The translations under genes and the position numbers were made by a program. DNA of 64,000 bases from Lama glama. Lineage: Eukaryota. Below the pieces are notes generated by a model. It did not search any database, had not been told where the DNA came from, and saw nothing but the letters and a program-made list of their open reading frames with translations. The stretch lies in NCBI GenBank assembly GCA_028534125.1, contig CM052816.1, forward strand, positions 2,482,001 to 2,546,000. The letters run 5' to 3'. Positions 47,391 through 57,329 of the stretch are shown piece after piece (positions within the stretch are counted from its first letter, which is position 1; every line of letters begins with the position of its first letter).

Positions 47391-49004
47391 ACAGCTTTAC
47401 AGGATGTTGTGAAGATGCAGTTGCCAAATTGGGAGAAGGTAATTCACTGCATAGTTAGCTGGAGTTGTAACTTACGTATGTGGACATCCGGTACACGGGA
47501 GTCCATTTTCACGCTTGCCCCACGTCGAGGATTGACTTGATTCGAGGGGAACAAAAGCACTGCCTGTTTTCTCTGCATAGAACACCTCAGATTCAGGGCA
47601 TACCCCCGCCAAGTGGAAATGCACACACTGCTCTCCAAGAACAATGCCAGTCTTCCGCAGGCTTTATATTATGTAGCCGCAGCGGTAAGTCAGCAGATCT
47701 AAACTTCATCAGCGTTTTTGTGGGATGAGGCAACAGATCAACAAATAGAAAATTATAATTGCAAAATCAGCTGGCTGGGTCAGAGCTAACGGAAGGGAAG
47801 AACTGGAGGGCAGGTAAAAAGTTTGTACCTGACACAGGAATTGGGAGGGGAGAGAGGGCCAGAGAAAGGATGCTACTTTGGGAAGGGAGCGCTCTGAGCA
47901 GCTAGGGTGACAGAGCTGGACACTTAATGAACAGAGAGAGGAGGTAGTAGGAGGGCCTGGAAGGAGGCATGGGCCCCAAAAGGAAGGAAAAATAAGAAAA
48001 AAAGGCCAAAAACCAAACTACTTTCTCTTCTTCCCCTTCTAGTCACTGTTTCAGAAGGCTGTAAAAGCAGTTAGAACCCGTAACTTCTGGTACCACTCAG
48101 TAGCCACTGTGACATCATGCAAGCTCCTGAACGCCGCGTCTGAGAAATGGGGTTCTCCTCCTCGACCCACATCGATCATGAGGTCCTGAAAAGGGGGAGG
48201 ACCCAGGGGGATGCTAGGCCTGCATCCTGTATGGCAAATCTCCCTGGGACATCTCTCATTTCTTTCCTTTCAGGACGAGGCAATGGCTTAGTTCCAGGGC
48301 GAGCGTTCCCAAGTGTGGTTCCCACAGATGCAGTGTGCGCTGTCTCTCAGATGGAAGGTTCAGGCCAGAGAGCCAAGAAGGGAGAGGTGGGGGTGAGGAC
48401 CTCCGTACAAAGTGAACAAAGGCCTGGTTTCAAGATACTGGGGACCTCTTCTCCAGGAAGGAGCCAACGCCCAGAGGCTGGCGATCACTGGAGCAGTCTC
48501 TGAACCACAGACACTATGGGGTCCCTCACTCAGGGCTCCCAGCTCCCAGTGAAGTCCTGGGAGCCAACTCCACAGCCCAGCCGAAGGCAGACTTGGCTGT
48601 CTGTGTGATTAACTGCCTTTGTTTGCTCACAAAGGGAGTGGACTGACAATCATGGCAGTGGGCGGGGAGGGGAGTGGCCTCCACAGGGAGGTTCCCTTTC
48701 CTGCTTCAAGTCCAGGGTGTGCCTGGGAAAGGGCCTCCGTGCTTTGCTCCAAAAAAAAGGTACCTTTCCAAGAGAAAATTATGCAGCTCAGAAAGTTAAG
48801 TCATTAATGTAATGGTCTGAATGCACAATGAGAAAAAGATTGAAGCTGACATGATTTTTATCTTTGGTATTATAGCTTCTCAAGTTGAGAAGTAATTACG
48901 TATGTTAACATTACACCCATTTGATGCTCAGTGAATTTTTTTTTAAAGACTCTTTCTTAATTAATCTTCCCTCTTCCCCCCTCTCTGTTCACAGTGCAGG
49001 CAAA

Positions 49005-49250
49005 TAGTGATTTGAAAAGAACCCAGTTAGGAATCAGAAAGATCTGGGTTTGAATTTAGACTGATGCTTGACTTCAGACATTCAGCAAATAAACAATATG
49101 CCAGCTGAAAATGTGATTTTATACCAGGCGCTATCTGAAGGTCTCATACACGTTATTTCATTGAATCCTCACAAAACTTTGTGGGATGTGAGCTATTCTT
49201 ATGTCCATTTCAGAGATAAAGAAACTGAGGCTCTCACTGTCGATGCTGAG
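49005..49250. mobile_element. MIR head (+, ~49005-49090) and MIR (-, ~49095-49250)
   Basis: 'aggaatcagaaagatctgggtttgaat' and 'tcattgaatcctcacaaaac...ccatttcagagataaagaaactgaggctc'. Confidence 0.7.
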
Positions 49251-49984
49251 CTTCTCGGCCAGGGCTGCTTGTGCACAGCAGACTAGCTTCTGAGGGCACT
49301 GTTCCCTTTCACCTCTGTACTTGTGGTGATGATGGAGGTGGGGTGCATGAATGGGGGGGGGGTGGAAATTATCACTTTTACCGCCTCAGAAACCATCCTA
49401 CTTTCTCCATCACCCACCTTGCATCTTAATAGGCTGGGGCTACCGTATATCCCGTCCTTCTTGCCCGCCTCTAACCCCCCAAGGACCAAGTAACTGAAAG
49501 CATCAGAAAGCAGTAACAAATCTCTCTCTGCTCTTCCCTCCTAAGCAGGATCCAGCCGTCTCAGAGTGCTGGAGAGGATCACAAGAGCAAGGAAGCCACA
49601 GCCATCACCCTTCAGCTTATAATACAGACACGCTAGGGAGACTGCATGCAAGCCACAATGAGCCAGGCCCCCGTCCTCATGGCTTCAGTTCCCTGGCAAA
49701 CTGGGGCTCTCAGAGGCAGACTGCTGAATCGCTGTGTTCCTGGAGGGTCTTTGAGTGTCTGTCCTTTGATACTTGATAATAACTGCAGACTTATAAAGAT
49801 CGAATAAGTTTACAGATATAAACTTAGATTACAGGGTCAAGAAGGTGTTTCAAATCATTGCTATTGGGTTTTGAGGCCGAGGGAGATGTGGATAAATGAA
49901 GAAGAAGAGCTTTCTGGGAGACAGAGCATAAGAAACTAAGACTTAGAAGCATTTGTAATAAGACACCTTATAGTAATTGATTAA

Positions 49985-50380
49985 TTCAATTATTCAGTTA
50001 ATTTATCATTTCATCCAACAAAAATTTATCGAGCATCTACTATACTCTGGACACTGCTAAGCACTGAACAGGGAGATAAAACAACTCGGAATCCTACAAA
50101 GAGCTTTATAATCTTGGGAAGACAGACATTAAACAAATTCAACTGTTAACTTCATATGTGATAACAAATTGGGATTGAGTAAGTTCTATGAAGGGAAATA
50201 ACTTGCGTTTATAAGAGAAAAATAAGGGAGCAACTTATGATGGATAGGTCAAGGCTAAGCAGAAGGGTTAGGAGTCGAAACCCAAAGGACTGGCAGGAGC
50301 ATGAGGCAATGAATTGGGGGAAGAGTGCTGGAGGCGTAAGGAACAGCCTGTGCAAAGTTGCTAGGTTAGGACGACAGACT
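49985..50380 (-). mobile_element. L2
   Basis: 'tcatccaacaaaaatttatcgagcatctactatactctggacactgctaagcactg...gggaagacagacattaaacaaat...ggaacagcctgtgcaaag'. Confidence 0.8.
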
Positions 50381-51095
50381 CACCGGAAGGTGGGAAGGGG
50401 GAGGAGAGCCCCTGCTTCACTCTCAGCGGGTCTGCCATCTCCCCCTCACCTCACTCACTGAGGCTCTGTGGATTTGGTCTTGGCTCCCCCACACACAACA
50501 AGCACTGGACGAGGCTGTGGTCCCTCCCACACTCAGCGGGCCAGACAGAACACCAACTCCCTGAGACATGCCGAGCTCTCCCCTGACTCTGAACGTAGAA
50601 CCACAAACTACAAAAAGCACGATGCGCAGGGAGTTCCCATCAGATCTCTGCAGAGCCATTCCTAGTTCTCACTGACCTGGCTTGGCACAGGGGTGGGGGG
50701 GGATGTTTATCTGCATTCAGGATTCATCTTGAATTGCCAGCGCTGACCAACACTGCCTCCCCGTCTCCCTCCTGTGTCTCATGAGCAGGAAGCAGACATG
50801 TCCGCAGATAAGGAAGCCAAATAGTTAAAGGAGGGGTTATTAGTTAAAGAATTCTCCACCCACACAAAGACACAGTCATTTTCCCAATTATCTGTGGTCT
50901 AAATCTGGATTTTTACAACGTGGAGACAATCTTTCCCTCTCATTCAATCTCTGTCACTTTTTCAGAAAACAATTTACTGGATGATAAAACTGCCAAACCC
51001 ACACTAGGGTCAGAAGCTTGAGTGACCGTCTAGTGTGTAGTTGCAAGAAAGAAGGACTTACAACAAGCAGCAGAGTGGTCAAGGGTGGCCGTTTG

Positions 51096-51148
51096 TTTGT
51101 TTTTTTTTTCAATAGATAATTTTTAAAAATCGAGATGAAATTGACATA
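51096..51148 (-). mobile_element. Very short L1 3' tail with degenerate TSD
   Basis: T-run then 'atcgagatgaaattgacataca'; flanks caagggtggccgtttg (51080-51095) / caagggttggcggttttg (51149-51166). Confidence 0.55.
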
Positions 51149-51744
51149 CAAGGGTTGGCGGTTTTGCTTTGGAAGGGTGTGGAGTGGCTCCGTGGGGAGG
51201 CCCCGCAGGGTACGGGGAAACTCTAGGACCCCAAAAAGCAACGCTACCCAACTGTGAACTTTGAACGTGAACACACATTTGCTCTCTCTGTTTTCAATTG
51301 CACAAGCAATGCCTGAATACATTCTGGTTTGAAAAGGCTTGGATGATCTAGGAGGTTCCAGGGCCAAAGGTGAAGCCATCCCCCGTCCTGCTCCACCCCA
51401 TCACTTCCACTCCTCACCTGGGGAAGACCATGGTCAACGCCTTTTTATGCTTTTTCTTACCTACACACGTGCATATACACGAACGTCATGAATAAAGGTG
51501 TGTCATTCTCACTCGTGATGTCTGAGAGAGCTTACCTCCAAGTACGTGGAGATTTACCCCAGGTTTGTGCTGGTGGCATCGAACAGAGGTGGACGCCGAA
51601 GTGCTGAAGAGAGCCCAGGGACTGGCCCCGTGCCAAGAAAAGAGCCAGAAAGAGGGATGCGGCGTTGCCAGTGAGTGCCAAGAATTCACCTTCTTTACAT
51701 TCTTCTCCGTCTTTATTAGACCAGGTTGTATGAGAATAGTACTA

Positions 51745-51990
51745 GCTCCACTTTAGTCACTGAGCCAAGACAAAACGCTGAGAGCTCTGCATAGTCACTA
51801 GTCCTTAGACATTTACATTTACACCACTCTGCAAGGCAGGGGCTATTATTATTCCCATTTTATAGACGGCGAAACTGAGGCTCATTTTAGGAATTAAGTA
51901 ACTTGCTGGAAGTCATGCAGCCTGGAAGTAATAGAGACATTAGTAAGTCTTCCTAACTCCTGTATCCATGCTCTTAACCGCTACACTTTA
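51745..51990 (-). mobile_element. MIR
   Basis: 'ctattattattcccattttatagacggcgaaactgaggctc...ttaagtaacttgc...ccatgctcttaaccgctacac'. Confidence 0.85.
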
Positions 51991-52965
51991 CCCTTCTTTA
52001 TGATCGTATCTAGGTCACGGGAACTTCTTTAAAAAGTGGCTCTTCAATTTAGTCTTCAAAGACTGTTTCAAAGAGGTGAACCATGTCTGTCTGGAGCCGC
52101 CAACCTGACAGGCTTACTCTCTTGCTGGCATGGCCCACAGTTCTTTGCATTCTGCAAACACGAGTATCCCACGGCTGTCCTGTGGTCCCCTATCCCTGGT
52201 GACGCTGCAGGGAGATGCCCAGCCAGCTAGTAAGCATCAGGTATGCGGCCTCACCGCTGGGAAAGGTGATCTGAGGTGAGGTGGTAGCCGTGAGCAAGCG
52301 GATGAGGCGGTAACACACCCACCAAATGCAGTTATTGGAAACCGCGCTCATTAGAATACTGTAATTGGTTCCCGCAGGGCATTCAAGGTTAGTGACACAG
52401 AGGAGACAGAAGAGGAGGGGCGGAGGGGGGGGAGTGCACTGTACGGATTGTGTGTTCTTTTTTACCTTTTCTCCTCCAGGAGGGGCTTCCACCAGCCTGG
52501 CTCACCGTATGGCAGAGCCAGAGTCTTCTGACCTGCACTCACCATCCCTCACCCACTCTGCTTCCCTGTTAGAGCCCTCTTCTCTCCTCCTCCTTCATCA
52601 GGAGCCCGTGGGCCTCATTCCACCTGTTTTGCCAGAGACGAAAGCTACTGATTAGCAGACTGAAAGAGAAGTGCTGGAACTGGATGCGACACTCGTCACA
52701 GACCGTGGCAAACGGGACTGTCCAAAGAACCTAAGGCAAAGGGCAATGCCTGGCCAACAGTCACATGACCTGAATGGGGGACCTGCGGGCATCACTGAAA
52801 TTCCAAGTCACCATCTAGATAACAGATACCACTTTTGCCACCCACATGTAACGCTGGGCGTGGCCATCAGGGTGCTAAGGTGTTCCCGAGCCTTCGGGTG
52901 AAGAAAAGTAGGGAAGTAACTGCCCACCCCATTGGGCTGAATTCTCTTTCTGAACAGTCATACCA

Positions 52966-53000
52966 TACACTTGATCTTAGCCAAAAGGCGGAGAAGCGAT
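52966..53000 (-). pseudogene. RNU2 pseudogene: 3'-truncated U2 snRNA retropseudogene (U2 nt 1-35)
   Basis: Minus strand ATCGCTTCTCCGCCTTTTGGCTAAGATCAAGTGTA vs U2 ATCGCTTCTCGGCCTTTTGGCTAAGATCAAGTGTA (34/35); flanking direct repeat agtcataccat 52956-52966 / 53003-53013; no poly(A). Confidence 0.93.
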
Positions 53001-54479
53001 GAAGTCATACCATTAGTAGGTCAACACAAAATATGACCTTCTGATACCAAACTCAGTGTTCCCAATATCGCCTGCCCTGCCTTTCTGAAAAACTTGGTAG
53101 AGAGGATTATGAATTTTATCCTCAGAAGTCAGGAAACCTCTGGAGCGCTGGATGTGTTCTACGTGCTGATTTGGGTATGAGTCCATGGTTTTAAGCCCAG
53201 TAACATTTATCAAGCCATGGAGGTTGTGCTTCGTGGATATCTCAGTTTTAGAAATACTCTGTCCATTGTCAAAAGCACTGGTCTTCAAAATTTTCTCTGC
53301 AGACCAGTATTTTCCTGAACCTCTCTCTGTTCGTTGACCATAGCCTACTCCTAACTAGCCAAAAATGGGTTAGGTGAAGACTTAAAAAAAAAAAAAACAA
53401 AACACAACAACAAAGAAACCTACCTTGATTGCCCAAACTAGATTAGTACTTGCCATTAGAACCAGAGGCAGGTCCAGAGTTACGGGACTTGGAGTACATA
53501 CAATACGTAGAACTCGTTATACAAAGTTAGATTACGAAAAAGGAGCTGAGAGATTTCAGGTGCGTCCTATCCTGTGATCTCTTGAAGCGATTTATCAGGT
53601 ATATTCATATAAAACTGCCCCCTGTTAACAACTCAGCTGCTCCTCTGCACCTAGAACTCCCATCCGCTCCCAAACCACCTGCAGAAAGCACACAGGTCAG
53701 GCACGTGAGACGGGCTTGCTGAAGCTCACACTCTGTCGCTTTTGAGTGAATCTGCTTCAGGTTAGCACATACACGTGGGCATTTCACTTCAGTTCAATCT
53801 AGTTTCCGTTGAAACTTCTCTGTTCGACGCACACACGGCTGGCAACCCCAGGTGGACTATGAAATTCTGCAGTGCAAAATCATGGTTTCACATTGCTTTC
53901 ATGCCTCTTAGAGTGTACACATCAGCGTCTTTTATAGGACGGACTCTCCATGCCGTTGAAATAAATGTGTTCTTTTTTTGGGGGAGGCGGCGGGGAACAG
54001 ACTCCCAAAGCAGGTGGTAGTGATAATGGGGAATGTTAAGTCATTAGTGGGATTATCCAGGTCCTGAATATTTATCCAGCCCTACACGGAGCCAAACATC
54101 TTTTCAAATGGGCTTGACTGAAAATCAACCTCAGGCCATATAGGAAGGAAGAGATGGTCTGGCTTGGCTCAGACAGGTCAAGTCATTTCCCTAGACTGGC
54201 TCTCCTTCTATGTGACGTGAAAGGGTCCAGAGAGAAGAAGGAAGAAATGAGGAAACAATGCAGAAAGAGGAGGCTGAGAAAGAGGAAGAAAGAAGACGAA
54301 GAAGAAAGGAAGGGTCTTATAAAAACAAAAAAGTAGGAGATTAATGGAAAAAGAATACTTAATAAAGCCCTCTTGGGCCTACACTCTGTCTTTTTTTTTT
54401 TTTTTTCAGGCTGCTGTATTAAATTAAAGTCATACATAGGTTTCAAAGGAAATCACATTTCTGCAGTCTGGTGAGCCCA

Positions 54480-54790
54480 CCTGACAACGCACGCTAACAG
54501 AATTGTAAATGTAAAGGGTAATGCTTTTGTCAGTGCCTGACAGTTCTAAATGGCCTTTTAGTTCAGTACGCAGAGCTGTCATAAAAAAACATAAAAATGC
54601 ATATGCAGACAGCTGAAACTGCTACGCACATCATTATCTGCAAATGGTATAAGTATCCTGAACAAAAGGCCTTCCAGTTTAAGGACATGCATAAGACATT
54701 TCTCTGCCTCCAGCTTTAAAACAAAGTGCTGTCAAGAAAACAAGATTCCTGGTGCCAGAACTGAGGCTTTTCTGTCAATCAGTGAGGTGC
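54480..54790. promoter_or_regulatory. Candidate TALE/HOX-bound enhancer
   Basis: Six TGACA/TGTCA cores in ~300 bp of repeat-free DNA, including TGATTGACAG (minus, 54772-54781) and TTTTATGACAG (minus, 54576-54586); motif evidence only. Confidence 0.5.
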
Positions 54791-55149
54791 TACATTTGTA
54801 CATATTTTTCTGACCCTGCATATGAGAAGAGCATTCTTAACAGATGTGTATTTAACTTGTGGCAGCTACATCTGTTTCTTCTGCAGTTTCCTTCTTATTT
54901 CTTTATCATTGTTCTAAGAGACCGCTGCCAAGGGGCATTTTATTGTATTCTTATTCTGCCTGCTCTGCCTTTGCTTTTTCCTCCATTTCCTCTTTTCTTG
55001 AATATCTTTTTTTTTTTTTCCTCAGGAAGGCCAGAGGACTCCAAGTTTGAACCTACAGTGATCAAGCTGGTGGAGATGTTTGTCCTTCCTTCTCTAAGCA
55101 GAGACATTTGCCTGCCCCTTAAGACTAAAAGTTGCTTGAGAGCAAAGCC

Positions 55150-55312
55150 AGTTTTTCTAACATCATCGTTCTGCAAATGAGTTGCGTGTCAGAATCACAT
55201 GGAGAACTTTGTAAAATTCTCATTTCCTGGAATCCCCCCAAATGATCGTCCAAATCAGTCTCTAGGGTTGGGGCCAGGGCATCTGTATCTTTAACAAACA
55301 CCCCGATGGTTA
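55150..55312. mobile_element. MER5-like MITE
   Basis: 'tcagaatcacatggagaactttgtaaaa...aatcagtctctagggttggggccagggcatctgtatctttaacaaacacccc'. Confidence 0.75.
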
Positions 55313-55314
55313 CC

Positions 55315-55672
55315 AGTTTTCATCCACTCAGTCATGCATCAGACCGACATTTACTGGGTATCTACGCCGTGGTAGTCACTGTTCTAAGCACATGATACAG
55401 ATGTGAACAAAAAGACAAACTCTTCAACCTCAAACAGCATGCATTCTGTTCAGTCAGACACGTCAACAAGCACATAAACAAATATATAAATATGTTTGGT
55501 ACAGAGTGACAAATATCTGAAAAACACAAAACAGGGCAGTGGAGCAGGGAGAGGGATGACCAGAGTGAACAGCTCACACGTGGAGGTCAGGAAAGTCCCT
55601 TCTGAGGAGCTGACATATGAATCTAAGACCCACATGAAGAGGAGTCAGTCATGAGAAGATCTAGGGCGGAAC
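55315..55672 (-). mobile_element. L2a-like
   Basis: 'gacatttactgggtatctac..cgtggtagtcactgttctaagcac..gatacag..gtgaacaaaagacaaa...ggtcaggaaagtcccttctgaggagctgacat'. Confidence 0.8.
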
Positions 55673-55714
55673 ATGACCTCATTTTCCTCATTTTAGTCTC
55701 TCAACAGAATGGAA

Positions 55715-55830
55715 ATTAGCATCATGAACTTAAGGATGAGAAACTGCATGCTTAGCAGAATCAATAACTTGCCCCAAATCACACGGCTAGGAAGTAGCCA
55801 AACTGAGATTCATATCCAAGTAAGACACAG
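55715..55830 (-). mobile_element. MIR
   Basis: 'gatgagaaactg...aataacttgccccaaatcacacggctaggaagtagcc'. Confidence 0.7.
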
Positions 55831-56294
55831 GTGAGTCAACTCCAAGCCTCACTCTCGTTTCCACACCTACCCAAATCCTGCCCAAACTTTGGGGTCAGCC
55901 TGACGTACAACCTTCCCTCCCATTACCTAAGGTACAGCCATCAGTGCATCTGTCCAGTGTCTACCCAATTAATGTCTAGGAAGGAATGGAACTCCATTAC
56001 TTCTGAATTCTTAGGATCTGGACCAGGAAACTGATTTTCGAATCACACTGCATAAGCAGAAAGACCTAAGCAAGATTCTAAATACATTTCTTAGGACAGG
56101 GACCATATTTTACAACCATACTGTTTCTGACCCACTGAGGACAGTCTTCAATCCCTTTCATGAGTTTTTGAGCTGTGAGGTGAAGTCTTAAAAACCTCCA
56201 GATAAATTTCAAAGAGAGATGATGACCTTTAATCATGATTTTCCTCTAATGACTACCTCATTGTGGGCGATAAACTGGAACACAGAACTTGGAA

Positions 56295-56530
56295 GACGGT
56301 ACAACTGACTGGCTGAAAACGTGGGCCCTGGAGTCCAAGAGATCTGCTAGCTGTGATAGTGGACAAACCACGAAGCCGTGGTTCACTCAACTTAAAACAT
56401 GGTGACAGCAGTAAGAGCTACATGAGAGAGTTATGGCGAGGATTAAATGAGATAAAGCTTGCATGATGCTTAATACAGTAGAGCACACAGTAGGCACTTA
56501 ATAAATGATATCAATTGTTATTGTAACGAT
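56295..56530 (+). mobile_element. MIR
   Basis: 'gaggattaaatgagataaagcttgcatgatgctt...gcacacagtaggcacttaataaatg'. Confidence 0.8.
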
Positions 56531-57239
56531 CATTACCTTCCATTTCACTATTAGAGGAAGGCACTGCCATGTGACAAACCGGACCAATCACCAGAGCTCG
56601 GACCATCACTGTTTCCTCTTGCCTTGACAGGCATGGAAAGCACAAGCTCTCTCACTGCCAAAACGCCCAGCTACCCTCCGGAGCCCTTTCTAAGGCAGGC
56701 ATCATTTTTTACACTATGCTTTTCCACTGTATTTGCTTCTAACAGAACTTAGGTCTTCTAGTTTCTATAAAAAATAATGCTCTCCTGCTCCATCTCCTGC
56801 GGTTTCGCTTTTGCTAAGAGCAATTGCTTTTTATTGAATGTGCAATTTTCTTGCTATGGAAAATATATTGTGATTAATGAGACCCTGTGACCAAGGTTAC
56901 TTGGGACAGGCTTGTAGTGGTTAGCATCATGTCCTTACTTTTCACAGTGCCAAAGTTGGCTATAGCAGAAACTGCATTATCAACTCCATCATGTCCCTTT
57001 TGAAGGGGGTATAGTTAATAAAAGGAAGGACTCTGTTGTGTAGAATTGTAAAAAGACTGAGAAATGAAAGGGCCTAGGAGGTCTCACATGTGATGGAGTA
57101 TATACTATACATAATTTTTAATTGCAGAAAGAAAAGAAAAATTAACAAGAGGAACAGGAATTTATAAAATGAACCATCCAGGTGGGATGGGCCCATACAA
57201 AAATGTTTGTGATTTTAACTGTGTAAAATAAAAACCTTG

Positions 57240-57328
57240 AATTATATATAATTTAAAGCATATATTTTTATGCATCTGTACATTTTATATATATATATAT
57301 ATATATAATTTAAGCATATATATATTAT
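57240..57328. repeat. AT-rich tract with (TA)n and a duplicated 'tatatataattt(a)aagcatatat' unit
   Basis: Direct reading. Confidence 0.8.
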
Positions 57329-57329
57329 A

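Noticed and set aside
48534..48565. Short hairpin gctcccag...ctgggagc (and aaccacg...cgtggtt near 56366)
   Set aside because: Stems of 7-9 bp are expected by chance in 64 kb.
52966..53000. Functional U2 snRNA gene
   Set aside because: Only 35 nt are present, with no Sm site or 3' stem-loops, and it is flanked by a TSD.
53616..53632. Partial CTCF-like motifs (here, ~16120 and ~54005)
   Set aside because: They have mismatches or indels at high-information positions.
54752..55180. 142-aa ORF or coding exon after the acceptor at 55025
   Set aside because: The peptide is unrecognisable, there is no good nearby donor, and it runs into a MER5 element.
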